Source of the DNA: a virus
Virus record (IMG/VR): IMGVR_UViG_3300031975_001631
Strand: one strand, 5' to 3'
DNA length: 64,000 nt
The notes under the pieces were generated by a model. That model was not told the origin of the DNA. It searched no databases and saw only the letters and a list, made by a program, of their open reading frames with translations. Position numbers and translations under genes: made by a program. This document shows, piece after piece, positions 18,685-29,174 of this stretch (positions within the stretch are counted from its first letter, which is position 1; each line of letters opens with the position of its first letter).

Positions 18685-19485
18685 CTAGACTGTCCACTCT
18701 GGGTTTCTTCTATCGTAATCCCACCCACCAACTAAGAAGTTGTGATTGCCACCAGGATAATCATCGGGATCTTTTCCATCGTAAACGACGGTAAGCTTTT
18801 CATCATGATTCATTGGGTTCAACCATCTTGCAACCCATACATGATAAAAACAATCAATTGGTTTATCATCTGCTTCCTTCACAACTATCTTTTCACTATC
18901 GATTTCCGTTACATTTAAATGGAAATGTCTGTCACCAATAGGTTGTAATTGAACACTGATACTATCATAATCTACCAGACCATCCCAATACTCTGGCAAT
19001 TCAATTACATTACTATCTTTAAGTCTTCCACGAATGTATATACCCGCTTCTGGTCCTTCAGTAATAATATGACGAATTCGTTTTCCTTTCTCTTTTACAT
19101 GAGGAATATCAAAGTTAGCAATTAATTTATTACCACTTGCAACTCCATTGACATTTCCGGTCAATGGTCCAACAAATGATGTTGCAGATACAACTCCAGT
19201 AACGCCCACCGCACCAACAATAGTTGTAGCAGCATTAATTTTAACTATTCCATTAAGTGTAGTTGCACCAGCAACAGTCAATGTTCCTGATGGTTTCTTC
19301 TTCTCTAAGGGATCGATGGCAATAATAACATTGCCCGTGATTAAAATCTCACTAGTTCCTAAAATAGGACCAGTGACTACTGCTCCTGCTTGACACTCAA
19401 GGCTTTGTGAAAATGATGCTGGAAGTCCATGCACAGTTCCTTTAGAACCATTTCTTAAGGTTGTAGTAATTGCATTATTTGTCAT
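18685..19485 (-). CDS. Baseplate/tail-associated protein with fibre-type C-terminal domain
   Basis: FDIPH...RIRHIITEGPEAGIYIRGRL...IELPEYW motif common at cyanophage fibre C-termini; downstream of gp5. Confidence 0.6.
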   Translation of the reverse strand: MTNNAITTTLRNGSKGTVHGLPASFSQSLECQAGAVVTGPILGTSEILITGNVIIAIDPLEKKKPSGTLTVAGATTLNGIVKINAATTIVGAVGVTGVVSATSFVGPLTGNVNGVASGNKLIANFDIPHVKEKGKRIRHIITEGPEAGIYIRGRLKDSNVIELPEYWDGLVDYDSISVQLQPIGDRHFHLNVTEIDSEKIVVKEADDKPIDCFYHVWVARWLNPMNHDEKLTVVYDGKDPDDYPGGNHNFLVGGWDYDRRNPEWTV

Positions 19486-20162
19486 TAGAAGAACCCTCCG
19501 AGAACAGATTTAACAGCACCACCAGCTACTCCACCAATACCTGTAGAAGAAATAACACTGTCAGCAACAAATCCACCTAGATTACCACCCGTAGCAGCAC
19601 CAAATGCTGCCTTACCGATGCCAAGAATGCTTGGAGATGCAAATGGACCTAATGCAGATTCAACTAAGTCTCCAGGGACAAATGATCCTGCAAACATCTT
19701 CATACCAAAAGTATTAACAATGCCATTACCCCTCTTACCCTCAACATTAACCGTATTTGCTTTATATAAGATTCTCTGACCAGCAGTAACATTGACATTT
19801 CTCCCTGCATGGAGATCAATATCTTGAGTTGCCTCCATCATAATATTTTTAGCATTGACTCTAACAGATCCGTTACTAGCAGTAATAGTAACATCGCCAT
19901 TAGCAGCACTAACTCTAATATCAATGATGTGTGGATTGTTTTTGTCACCAGCACGAACTTCTAAAGTCTTTTCTGCTGCGATTCTAGTTAATCCACCTTG
20001 ACTGTGGGAAATTAGAAACGAGTCATCATTATCATTTACGGCATATACTTTACATACCTCAGCACCAGTTGATCCCACCAAAGGATCACCAGAAACAATC
20101 CTAAAGTGAGCTCCTCTAGAGTCAATAACTCTTCTATTATAATTTTTTGGTTTAGCAGCCAT
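19485..20162 (-). CDS. gp5 C-terminal-like beta-helix / spike protein
   Basis: Beta-strand repeats (DVTITASNGSVRVNAKNIMMEATQDIDLHAGRNVNVTAG); directly after gp5. Confidence 0.55.
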   Translation of the reverse strand: MAAKPKNYNRRVIDSRGAHFRIVSGDPLVGSTGAEVCKVYAVNDNDDSFLISHSQGGLTRIAAEKTLEVRAGDKNNPHIIDIRVSAANGDVTITASNGSVRVNAKNIMMEATQDIDLHAGRNVNVTAGQRILYKANTVNVEGKRGNGIVNTFGMKMFAGSFVPGDLVESALGPFASPSILGIGKAAFGAATGGNLGGFVADSVISSTGIGGVAGGAVKSVLGGFF

Positions 20163-22255
20163 TACACACAATCGATTGCAGAAATAATACCAACTTGACG
20201 ATCTGTTGGGAACGAACCAAATACGGGTCTAAGAATAGCCCCACTTCCAGTTTCACTTAGAACTTTTAGTTCAGGTAAAGTTTCATCATACCTGAAAATA
20301 TTTAGAACCTTAACATCAAGGATTTCTCCCTCATCACCAACAACAATCTCATAGATTGGTGCAGAAGATCCGATACCCACACCACCAGGAGGACCAACGG
20401 GATCATCACCATCGAATACAATATCAGGACCTTCGGGAAGATTAATTATAAAAGTACCATCTTCAGAAATTCCTGGGATTGTGACGGGATCTCCAGGTGT
20501 ATATCCACTTCCAGGATTGGTAACAATAATATCTGTAATCCCCTCAGAACCTCTTGGGTCCGAAGGAACAGTTTCTGGATAGTTTTCTCCGGGAGTAATT
20601 ATAACAATAGCGACAACTTTATCACTATCTTCTCCCTTGCCAAGAATAGCTTGACCGGTAGCACCATATCCAAAACTACACTTATCTCTAAAGTTTACCA
20701 TGGGCGGATATCTATACCCTGATCCCTTATTTTTCATCTGAACGCCGATGATACTAGCTGTTCTTTGAATACCAGCAGTGATACCACCAAGTCCAACATT
20801 ATCTACAAAATAACCCATGATAACTTCACCTGCTGCACCAAATCCACCTCCACCAAAGATTTCAACATAAGGACCAGTACAGTTTTGAGATGGACCGCCA
20901 TAGCACCCACCAGATACAATATTATTACTAGAATCGCTTAACAATCCACCATCATCAAATATATCCCACTTACCCCACTGTCGTTCAAAATCATTGGTTA
21001 GATTAGCAGCACCTTTTGATATCTTAAGGGCATTCATAACATAGTCAAAAGGATCTTCTCCTTTCTCTTTGCTGCTACCACCAACAACATATTCTTTATC
21101 TTGTGGACACTTACCACCGTTGTTTTGATTACAATCAAGGAATGATGCAACGGTATTTAAATTACTACTAACGCTTGATAAGAAATCTGCAACTTTAAAT
21201 CCAGGAGCGATAATCTTAGATACAGCATCAAGAGGTTTCGACATAGCATCTTCAATTTCATCCAGAATTGCTCCAACAAAAGCACCAGTAAACTGTGCTC
21301 CCATACATCCAGCATAGTTTCTTCCACTATCAATGAGATCAAAAAGTAAATCTTCGATAGTACCAGATAAACCTTCTACAGCTTTATTTGCAGCACATCC
21401 AATTGCTGATTGTAAAAAAGAAACTGGAGACAACAGTGCAGTTTGTGCAGCAACACCAGCAGCATGAGCGATAATTGCAGATTGAGTTGCAGCAAGAACT
21501 TTAGCGTAAACTGCAGCATATAAAGCTTTAAGACCTTGTTGTCCTAAACCTTCTAATTTATCAAATAACTTTTCAATCATTGTGCCAACGAATCTGTTGG
21601 CTTGAACTTCAATAAGATCAGCTGCTAGTCTAACTTCATTAGATAAGTTAGTACCAGCAAGAGCAAGACTTTCTACTTTACTAGCAAGATTTTCTACTAC
21701 ATTTGCAATCTGACTAATAGGATTAGTTTGACAAGTATCAGCAGTTAGAACTTTTATTTTTGCTGCAGCAACATTGTCTGGTTTTGCAGTGTTTGGTGAT
21801 GTGTTAGGAGTTGGCTGTGATTCTTCGTTCTGTTCGTTTGTTTGTGATCTGGGTACTCTAGCACTTTCTGGGGTAGATTTTGTGTATGATCCAAACAGTT
21901 CCTCCACGAGTGAAGTTCTAGGAAATTGTCCTAGAATCATTGGGATTTGTTCTTCATCATCAAGAAAAAATCCAAAAACTAAATCATTCTGCTGAATTAC
22001 AGTGGACTGAGCATAATTTGCACCACCGGCACCAGAAGTTGTTGGTAAGATTGCACATGCATACGGCAATTCTTTATCAGGTATGTCACCCTCATTATCA
22101 TGAAGACCACAGACTCTAATTTTATACCTATTACTAAGTCCCTTACCATTAACTACTTGCTCTTCTTGAGCACTAATAGGAGCAACTCTTGCAATAAAGG
22201 GTTTAAATGGTAATTTAGTAGTATAGTTGTAAAATAAATTGCTAGCGTCTGTCAT
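20162..22255 (-). CDS. gp5: Baseplate hub / cell-puncturing protein gp5-like (OB-fold N-terminus)
   Basis: RYKIRVCGLH...ELPYA...LPTTSG...VFGFFLD...QIPMILG. Confidence 0.8.
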   Translation of the reverse strand: MTDASNLFYNYTTKLPFKPFIARVAPISAQEEQVVNGKGLSNRYKIRVCGLHDNEGDIPDKELPYACAILPTTSGAGGANYAQSTVIQQNDLVFGFFLDDEEQIPMILGQFPRTSLVEELFGSYTKSTPESARVPRSQTNEQNEESQPTPNTSPNTAKPDNVAAAKIKVLTADTCQTNPISQIANVVENLASKVESLALAGTNLSNEVRLAADLIEVQANRFVGTMIEKLFDKLEGLGQQGLKALYAAVYAKVLAATQSAIIAHAAGVAAQTALLSPVSFLQSAIGCAANKAVEGLSGTIEDLLFDLIDSGRNYAGCMGAQFTGAFVGAILDEIEDAMSKPLDAVSKIIAPGFKVADFLSSVSSNLNTVASFLDCNQNNGGKCPQDKEYVVGGSSKEKGEDPFDYVMNALKISKGAANLTNDFERQWGKWDIFDDGGLLSDSSNNIVSGGCYGGPSQNCTGPYVEIFGGGGFGAAGEVIMGYFVDNVGLGGITAGIQRTASIIGVQMKNKGSGYRYPPMVNFRDKCSFGYGATGQAILGKGEDSDKVVAIVIITPGENYPETVPSDPRGSEGITDIIVTNPGSGYTPGDPVTIPGISEDGTFIINLPEGPDIVFDGDDPVGPPGGVGIGSSAPIYEIVVGDEGEILDVKVLNIFRYDETLPELKVLSETGSGAILRPVFGSFPTDRQVGIISAIDCV

Positions 22256-22482
22256 CAGTCCTCGTAAATCCTACATTCATCTGCATCTGGTTCCATCTCA
22301 CAAAAAAGTTCTAATGCAGTAGGATCATGATGATCTCCTGCCTCAATTTCTTTTTTATGGTTTTCTGCATAGACTTCTAGCTCATGAAGTTCTCCCTCAA
22401 TGTGCCTCCGTTGATTTGGAGAAATCAGAGGATTATCAAGGATTTCTTTGTCCTTTGCAATGTGAGTTTCGATGTTTTTCAT
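22255..22482 (-). CDS. cp12: CP12 Calvin-cycle inhibitor
   Basis: C-terminal LELFCEMEPDADECRIYED with the C-terminal Cys pair; N-terminal Cys pair absent as in marine cyanophage CP12. Confidence 0.9.
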   Translation of the reverse strand: MKNIETHIAKDKEILDNPLISPNQRRHIEGELHELEVYAENHKKEIEAGDHHDPTALELFCEMEPDADECRIYED

Positions 22483-23775
22483 TTAACTTTTTGTTTTAAT
22501 TCCGGGATTGTCTTTAACCAACCGCATAGCCGTATATGACTTATTAGGGAAAAACTTATGGGTAATTTCCTTAATAATATATAGACCGCTTTGCCTACGG
22601 TCAATGTCAGGAGATTCACTTGATACTTTTGGGAACTCTAGATGTACAGCATCCCCAGCACATAAATTAGTGTTGACAGGAACCAGGATATGGCAATCAA
22701 TATTCGTAAAAGAGCTATATCTAGCAGCTGATTGACCAACAGAATCTAAGGGATTGTAAGCTCTGCTAGTAGATACTCCCACATCTAGAGTACCTACATT
22801 ATACATCCCAACGAAGGTTCTGGAGTTATTTGGGGGACTTTGTTTTGGATCGACAATTTTTGGTATAGGACTTTTTTCCCCCAATTTGGTCCCACCTTTT
22901 GGTTCAAATTTAGATACTGTTCGTGGAGTAGTCTCATAATTATATGGATCGATAAAAATACGATTTGAAGAATACTCTCCTTTAGATATCGACTCCGAAA
23001 GATCGATAGTTTTATTTACACGAAAATCAAGCAGTGATGTAGCTTGATATTTGGGATTTCTATGACCATCTTCAAAAGTTTGTCTATAGTAATATCTCTG
23101 AACGATTTTTTTGTTTTTTATCGCAGTTTTAGATAATCCATCCATGGATTTAAAGTTAAATCCTCTCTTTGTCTGCCAAAAGAAAAATCCTGCAGAATTA
23201 CTTTTAGCACCTACAGGAACTGCTCTAGCTGCTAACTTAATAGCCCACCAAAAAGGTAGTTTCATATTGCCAGTAAGAGGCCATACAGTTTCTGTTTGCT
23301 CAAAATCAACTGGTTGTGTTGGTTGCACTAATCCAATAATTTTTGACAGAGTTTTATCAATTGTCATACCTGTGTATTTTCTACTTACCCTGATTTGTCT
23401 TGCAGAAATTGCTTCTCTTGAAGTTAAATGTAAAACAAATCCCTCCATCTGTCGATTACTAATATAATTAGTGACTTTATCGACAACCATTGTATACTCA
23501 AATGATCCGGGTTTTTCAAAAATCGCATCAAATGGAGTTTTGATCTTAATATTTACCTGTTCTCCACCAATTATAGGTAATCCATGATATAGCCCTTGAC
23601 CATCGATAGTATTACCAGTATTTGAAATTACCGCCAGTGCTGTTACAATTGGTGAATATAGATCCTCAAAATATTGAAAATCAATCACACCATTAATAAT
23701 AGATACAGTCTTATCTTGTTCTTTCGATGTTATGTCAAATTTCTCATAGATTGATGCTCCAGTTGATGCAGACAT
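22483..23775 (-). CDS. Baseplate hub protein (gp27-like)
   Basis: QYFEDLYSP...GGEQV, FFFWQTKRGFNFKS, NTNLCAGD; position between gp5 and tape-measure-like genes. Confidence 0.55.
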   Translation of the reverse strand: MSASTGASIYEKFDITSKEQDKTVSIINGVIDFQYFEDLYSPIVTALAVISNTGNTIDGQGLYHGLPIIGGEQVNIKIKTPFDAIFEKPGSFEYTMVVDKVTNYISNRQMEGFVLHLTSREAISARQIRVSRKYTGMTIDKTLSKIIGLVQPTQPVDFEQTETVWPLTGNMKLPFWWAIKLAARAVPVGAKSNSAGFFFWQTKRGFNFKSMDGLSKTAIKNKKIVQRYYYRQTFEDGHRNPKYQATSLLDFRVNKTIDLSESISKGEYSSNRIFIDPYNYETTPRTVSKFEPKGGTKLGEKSPIPKIVDPKQSPPNNSRTFVGMYNVGTLDVGVSTSRAYNPLDSVGQSAARYSSFTNIDCHILVPVNTNLCAGDAVHLEFPKVSSESPDIDRRQSGLYIIKEITHKFFPNKSYTAMRLVKDNPGIKTKS

Positions 23776-25307
23776 TATCCCAACCTCACTACTTTTTGGA
23801 TATCAGTGATTATATTAGAGTTGGAACTTTGACCAAAACTTTCTATGGTTCCCGAATCAGATCCCATATCACTTGAAGCTTGACCACTACTAATATTTAG
23901 AGATGCAAGATCAAATGGAACTACTATAGGTTCTTGTAAAGATCCAGCAGATGCTACCGTTGATGATCTTTTTACTCCCTCTAAAGATGAGACAAGCCTC
24001 TTAGGAGCAGCAACAACTTCTCCAGTAAAAGGAGCAGTGCCAGGGAATCCATATTCCATGGGATTAATTGCATTCTTTCTAGGATATCCGGTAATACCCT
24101 CTGCTTTACCGAGTTCCCAATGCAAGTGTGGTCCACGAGATTTTCCAGTTGATCCTACTCTACCAATGATATCGCCTGGCTTAACCCTGTCTCCTTTCTT
24201 ATATGGGGTCCTTTCCATCATGTGTCCATAAAAATGCTCCAGTCCATTTGCATCCACGAACACAACATAGTTACCATAATTCTTTTCAAATCCTCCATCA
24301 GTGATAGTAGAATTTGACGGAACCGTGAGCGCAGAACCAAACTCCGCAGGAATATCTAATCCCATATGGCCGCGGTTAGCACCAATACCATCTCCTATCC
24401 TATATCCAGGAGGTTTTTTCCCAGTATCTTGGAATATTAATCCAGATGTTTGTGGTTGTACTCCAGAAGAAGGTGCGGGTCTAGCTTGAACAGGAGGTGA
24501 AGGAGGAAGAGTAGTTGGAGGCTGCATAATAGTCTCTACTTGCTGATTGTACTCTTGTTGAGTAATTTCTCCACTGTCTAGTCTTTCCTTAGCTTCTGCA
24601 ATTTGAGTCTGCTGTTTAACACTTCGTCCAGTAGGTATTGCAGATGTTGTTGGCAAAGGATCTAATCCTAGTTTTTTTCTAGCATCAGCAATTTCTGCTT
24701 CACTCTGTGCTTTTAAATCTTCTAGATCTCTAACAGTATCTTTGAATGTAATGTCAACATCTTTTTGAAGTTGGGAGAAATCGTTACCTAAATCTTCCAA
24801 CTCTTTTGTAACTTCCCTTTCACTTGTAAATATTTTTCCAGATATTAAATCTCTGCTTAGTGCAGCAGCTGTATCCATAATGCCTCGCAAGACATTTCCA
24901 AAGCTATTGAAAACTTTAACAATATTATCATACAAATTCTTAACGAAATTAGTTACATCCTCAACAATTACAATAATTCTTGGGAGATTTGCCAATAACC
25001 AATCAAGAAGAATCCAACCAGCTGCTTTCAGTAACCCAGAGAATATACTCTTAGATCCTTTAATAGCAGAAGAAATTCCACCTTTAATAAAATTCTGAGG
25101 TTTTTTTGCCTCTACAATTTTTTCTGCATCTTTTGTTCTTGCAGTGTCAACTTCTAATCTATCAAGACTTAACTTAGTCGTTTCTCTTTGCTTATCTTTT
25201 CTAATCTCCTTACCTAAAGACTTCCTAAGACCTTGAGTGGTCTGCCTAATAGAGAGCAAACCTACATCAACAATATTTAAAGCTTCGTTGGTTGGAATTA
25301 ATTTCAT
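23775..25307 (-). CDS. Coiled-coil tail/baseplate protein with M23 (LytM) peptidase domain
   Basis: HMGLD (HxxxD), YGNYV, YGHM, GRVGSTGKSRGPHLHWE (HxH). Confidence 0.85.
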   Translation of the reverse strand: MKLIPTNEALNIVDVGLLSIRQTTQGLRKSLGKEIRKDKQRETTKLSLDRLEVDTARTKDAEKIVEAKKPQNFIKGGISSAIKGSKSIFSGLLKAAGWILLDWLLANLPRIIVIVEDVTNFVKNLYDNIVKVFNSFGNVLRGIMDTAAALSRDLISGKIFTSEREVTKELEDLGNDFSQLQKDVDITFKDTVRDLEDLKAQSEAEIADARKKLGLDPLPTTSAIPTGRSVKQQTQIAEAKERLDSGEITQQEYNQQVETIMQPPTTLPPSPPVQARPAPSSGVQPQTSGLIFQDTGKKPPGYRIGDGIGANRGHMGLDIPAEFGSALTVPSNSTITDGGFEKNYGNYVVFVDANGLEHFYGHMMERTPYKKGDRVKPGDIIGRVGSTGKSRGPHLHWELGKAEGITGYPRKNAINPMEYGFPGTAPFTGEVVAAPKRLVSSLEGVKRSSTVASAGSLQEPIVVPFDLASLNISSGQASSDMGSDSGTIESFGQSSNSNIITDIQKVVRLG

Positions 25308-25310
25308 AAT

Positions 25311-26996
25311 TTATGCTTCATATACTGATCTTGCAAAATTAATCCATTCATTATTTGGATTCGTTGTACGAATATCAGGCAATGCAGTTCCAGATGGAGT
25401 GGATGAAACGGGTTCTCCACTATCACCACTAGGAGATCCAACAGGTTGTACAACTACAAGTGGCACCGATGCTACAGTGCCTTCTACATTATTAAATCGT
25501 GAGCTAACTGGTTCAAGTGAAAACCCAAAATTTGGAGGAATTGGTGCAACTTGCTCTGGTGTTATATTTGTTGGTCCATTCGATTGTGGCATCTGTTGCA
25601 CAGGAGGAGCAACAGTAGATGCAGCAGGAGCACTACTAGTAGGTGGAGTCTCAGCTTTACCAAGACCCTTATTCATTTGCTGAACAATATCGTTTAGATC
25701 AGACAATCTGTTTGGATCCGGTTCACCTCCAAATCTCGGTATTCCTAGAATTCCAGGTTTATCAAGGAACATAGCCTCATCAAACATCCCCACTCTAGCA
25801 TTAAAGAAATTCTTTCCTTGCTCCGTTAACTTAGTATCTCTAATACCCTGGATAAATTCCATAGATTTTATCATACTGGTCTTCAATTTTTCATATTCAT
25901 CATATTTTCTCTTATCTTCTGGACTCAATTTAGACACATCTTTTTGCACCTTTGATAAAGCAAGTCCTACATCTTTATTCAAAGTTTCATATCTACTAGT
26001 ATTTTGGCGCAATACCTTAATAGCAGCAATTATATGATTAAGTTGAACTTTATCTTCATCAGTAATATTCTCACCAATTGCATTTCCATATACTCCATCT
26101 ATAAGTTGCTGTCTTTGGTGCTCAATTTCATTAAGTATTCCAAATGGATCTAAGTAAATTCTTTCAGGAGAAGCTGTAGTTGTACCTCTTAAAGCGGGTT
26201 TTTGCTTGTATATTTTTTCTTCTTCCTCATAAAGCATTTCTAATGTACTCTCTCTTCCATGTTTCAAATAATGATCGATAGTTTTTCGTTTTGATTCTGA
26301 AAAACTACTTCGACCACTTCCGAACCTATCATTTTTAATAATATCAAAAAGTGTGACACCAGCTGCCACAGCTATAGCACCTATCAAAAGATATGGGTTT
26401 GCCAATAACCCTAGGATCTTTGGAATGTTGAGCAGCATTGATGTAAGAACACCACTAATTGTTCCAGTAATTGCACCAATGCCACCATTCAGAGCAAGTG
26501 CAACACCACCAGCAATCGCCAATCCCTTAATAAGATCGTTCTTTATCTTTTCAAAAGCATCATTATCACCCTCTGACCATGCTTCTAAGGCATCTAATCC
26601 TTTTATTCCTAACCACCCTAAGAACAATGCCTCAAGTGCTTTCATAAAGCGACCAAAAGGTCCCATTGCCCGTTTCTTTAAAGCCTCAATTGGTTTAACT
26701 AACCCATTCTTAAGAGCAGATTCAATAAAGTTTTCTTTTGTACCTTTTTTAAGACTATCTGCGGATTCTCTCTTTTGCTTTATCTCTCTCTTATCTTCTT
26801 CTGCATCTTGAGCGTTTCTACCACTAATCAGATCTGCAATTGCAGTTAGATTTCTTTGGATTGCAAAGATGTTTTTGTTTAACGAATTATATTGCTTGAC
26901 AGTCAAGTTCCCCTCAGGAACTCCTGGGTTGTCAACATTACCCTCGGGAGTTCCCTTCTGACCTGGTGGAAGTAGCTTTGTAGGGTCAATAACCAT
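25311..26996 (-). CDS. Tape-measure/gp29-like coiled-coil protein with hydrophobic segment
   Basis: Helical charged N-terminus, Gly/Ala hydrophobic stretch, Pro/Ser-rich tail; follows gp51. Confidence 0.5.
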   Translation of the reverse strand: MVIDPTKLLPPGQKGTPEGNVDNPGVPEGNLTVKQYNSLNKNIFAIQRNLTAIADLISGRNAQDAEEDKREIKQKRESADSLKKGTKENFIESALKNGLVKPIEALKKRAMGPFGRFMKALEALFLGWLGIKGLDALEAWSEGDNDAFEKIKNDLIKGLAIAGGVALALNGGIGAITGTISGVLTSMLLNIPKILGLLANPYLLIGAIAVAAGVTLFDIIKNDRFGSGRSSFSESKRKTIDHYLKHGRESTLEMLYEEEEKIYKQKPALRGTTTASPERIYLDPFGILNEIEHQRQQLIDGVYGNAIGENITDEDKVQLNHIIAAIKVLRQNTSRYETLNKDVGLALSKVQKDVSKLSPEDKRKYDEYEKLKTSMIKSMEFIQGIRDTKLTEQGKNFFNARVGMFDEAMFLDKPGILGIPRFGGEPDPNRLSDLNDIVQQMNKGLGKAETPPTSSAPAASTVAPPVQQMPQSNGPTNITPEQVAPIPPNFGFSLEPVSSRFNNVEGTVASVPLVVVQPVGSPSGDSGEPVSSTPSGTALPDIRTTNPNNEWINFARSVYEA

Positions 26997-27165
26997 TAGA
27001 TTGTTGTGCCTTTAAATTCTGCTCTTCAATAAATGTCTCTAATAAACTAAGATAAATGTCCCTTTCCCAAGGGATCATATTTTCAATATCACTCAAGGAG
27101 TATTTATGATGCTGCATGAGGGCGAAATTAACTTTGTAGTAAGCTACAATATCCTCATGTAACAT
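26986..27165 (-). CDS. gp51: Baseplate hub assembly catalyst gp51
   Basis: Hand translation: MLHEDIVAYYKVNFALMQHHKYSLSDIENMIPWERDIYLSLLETFIEEQN...; follows gp26. Confidence 0.9.
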   Translation of the reverse strand: MLHEDIVAYYKVNFALMQHHKYSLSDIENMIPWERDIYLSLLETFIEEQNLKAQQSNGY

Positions 27166-27167
27166 CG

Positions 27168-27881
27168 CTAGCTGAAAAAAGATGCTAATCCCTCAAGTAC
27201 GATCTCATTTTCTACATTAGTATTCGGGTTCTCAAATTTAACAGTATGAGAAAGCTTAGGCATAGTATTAAAGAAGGATTCGATTTGTTTGAACTGAGAA
27301 GAATTCAAACCCTCAATAAATTCAATCCATTCCTTCTTAGGTGTATCCTTTGACTCCCAAGTCTCATCATCCGAGTAAATCATATCAACACAGGATGCAA
27401 TGACATCGAATGATGCATTGAGATCAAGACCGGCACCAAAATTTTGACTGATGAACTCTCCAAGAGATGGATACTTCATCCTCAGAGTTAAAGTATCATC
27501 TAATTTGATATCTCGATTATGTTCAGGATAATCAATAACCTGAATTTCATCAATATAGACTGTCAAGGGAACTTTAGTTTCTCCATCATCCTGACAGGTA
27601 ACAATAACATCAATAGATTCTCCAACTGACTTTCCACGAACATTCAAAAATAGATATTCGATATCAAAAGTAGAGAGTTCATTTACTTTCACACCACGAG
27701 TGATGATACATGCGGTGAGAACATCTTTGATAGCTCTCGCAATCTGTTCAATGTCCTCGCTCTCCATAGCCAAAACAAGAACTTTTTCTTCTTTGACTAG
27801 GAATGGGCGATACTTAATTTTTTTCTTTGTGGACGGAATAACCAACTCAAATGTCGGAGTTGCAATCTTTGGTAAAGACAT
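27168..27881 (-). CDS. gp26: Baseplate hub subunit gp26
   Basis: MSLPKIATPTFEL...YRPFLVKEEK, DIEYLFLNVRGKSVGE, LEGLASFF. Confidence 0.93.
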   Translation of the reverse strand: MSLPKIATPTFELVIPSTKKKIKYRPFLVKEEKVLVLAMESEDIEQIARAIKDVLTACIITRGVKVNELSTFDIEYLFLNVRGKSVGESIDVIVTCQDDGETKVPLTVYIDEIQVIDYPEHNRDIKLDDTLTLRMKYPSLGEFISQNFGAGLDLNASFDVIASCVDMIYSDDETWESKDTPKKEWIEFIEGLNSSQFKQIESFFNTMPKLSHTVKFENPNTNVENEIVLEGLASFFS

Positions 27882-27906
27882 AATAATTGTTCAGTAATTT
27901 TATTTA

Positions 27907-28710
27907 TTAGGGTCTAAAAGGTATTACCTCAAGAGGTTGAACCCTAGGAGGGTTATTTTGATCAGTTTTTGCAGCTAGTCCACTATCTCCATTAGGATCA
28001 CTGGAGTATTCTCTCCCCGTCGTTCTCTCATATTCTTTCTTATCCTCCACAGACCATTGAGTTGAAACCTCTCTCTGATCTGAACGGGTATCTAAACTAC
28101 CAATACTTCCAAGAACATACCTATCATAACTGAAAGTCACAGTAATTTCTAGAACTCGATTAGTTCCATAATCTACTGCAGATGGGACGATATTAACTGG
28201 GAACGCATTGATAAAGGTATAGTCTATCTTCTGGAAGTGGTCTTTGTCAAACTTACTTACACCCATTTGACTACACTTATAGTTGTCGGGAAACAACATT
28301 CTACTGTAATAGGCTCTTTTATCTTGACTTACTTCTCCACCACTTGCAATAAATTCTTGCCATAGTTGGAAGAACTTTAACACAAGATAGTTCTTATCAA
28401 CAATAAAGGTGAATGAACTATCGGTAAAGACTCTTGTGTGGGCATACTTTTGGACAATACCCATGTAATTGCCTTTTATTTGTGCGGTAGCAAAAGCAGC
28501 ACCAGGAAGTTCTGCTCCCTTACACAACAAATTTAACTCCCTGGTAAGAAAATACCGAGAAAGTAAAGGTTCCTTCGCTTGAACATAATTTAATAAACCG
28601 GTTGGGAAAGCCAGAAGTTGAAACTCGAAATGATTCGTTGTAGCTACATTCGTAAACAACGATTTTATTTCTGTTGTAGTTCTCTTCCTGGGGTAATTTC
28701 GTCGTGGCAC
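27907..28710 (-). CDS. Tail tube initiator / gp54-gp19-like protein
   Basis: LCKGAELPG, YAHTRVF, FTFIVD, FQLWQEFI, NAFPVNI, ITVTFSY. Confidence 0.7.
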   Translation of the reverse strand: MPRRNYPRKRTTTEIKSLFTNVATTNHFEFQLLAFPTGLLNYVQAKEPLLSRYFLTRELNLLCKGAELPGAAFATAQIKGNYMGIVQKYAHTRVFTDSSFTFIVDKNYLVLKFFQLWQEFIASGGEVSQDKRAYYSRMLFPDNYKCSQMGVSKFDKDHFQKIDYTFINAFPVNIVPSAVDYGTNRVLEITVTFSYDRYVLGSIGSLDTRSDQREVSTQWSVEDKKEYERTTGREYSSDPNGDSGLAAKTDQNNPPRVQPLEVIPFRP

Positions 28711-28711
28711 A

Positions 28712-28718
28712 CTAAATA
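28712..28718 (+). promoter_or_regulatory. T4-type late promoter CTAAATA
   Basis: 22 nt upstream of the gp4 ATG. Confidence 0.6.
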
Positions 28719-28739
28719 CCTTAGGTTAAATATTTTATA

Positions 28740-29174
28740 ATGGCGTATAGAGGTAGATTTCAACCTAGCAATATTGAAAAATATCGAGGAGACCATCGCT
28801 CTATTATTTATCGCAGTTTATGGGAACGAAAGTTCATGGTTTACTGTGATAGAAATGAAAACATTCTTGAATGGGGCAGTGAGGAGATTGTTATCCCATA
28901 TCGTTCTCCTCTAGATGGAAGAATTCATAGATATTTTCCAGATTTCTATATCAAAGTTCGCGAAAACACGGGAGATATTAAAAGATATATTATAGAAGTG
29001 AAACCAAAAAAGCAGTGTATTGAACCAAAGGTACAAAAGCAACGAACTAAAACATACATCCGTGAAGTTGCTGAGTATGCTAAAAATCAAGCGAAGTGGA
29101 AAGCTGCTACTGAATATTGTAAGGATAGATTATTTCAATTTAAAATCTTAACAGAGGACAATTTAGGTGTATGA
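28740..29174 (+). CDS. gp4: Head completion nuclease gp4 (TnsA-like)
   Basis: YRSLWE, WGSEEI, HRYFPDF, IEVKP, NQAKWKAA. Confidence 0.95.
   Translation: MAYRGRFQPSNIEKYRGDHRSIIYRSLWERKFMVYCDRNENILEWGSEEIVIPYRSPLDGRIHRYFPDFYIKVRENTGDIKRYIIEVKPKKQCIEPKVQKQRTKTYIREVAEYAKNQAKWKAATEYCKDRLFQFKILTEDNLGV

Noticed and set aside
28740-29174. Transposon TnsA endonuclease or mobile element
   Set aside because: The sequence and its position before gp2/gp48/gp53 identify it as core head-completion gp4
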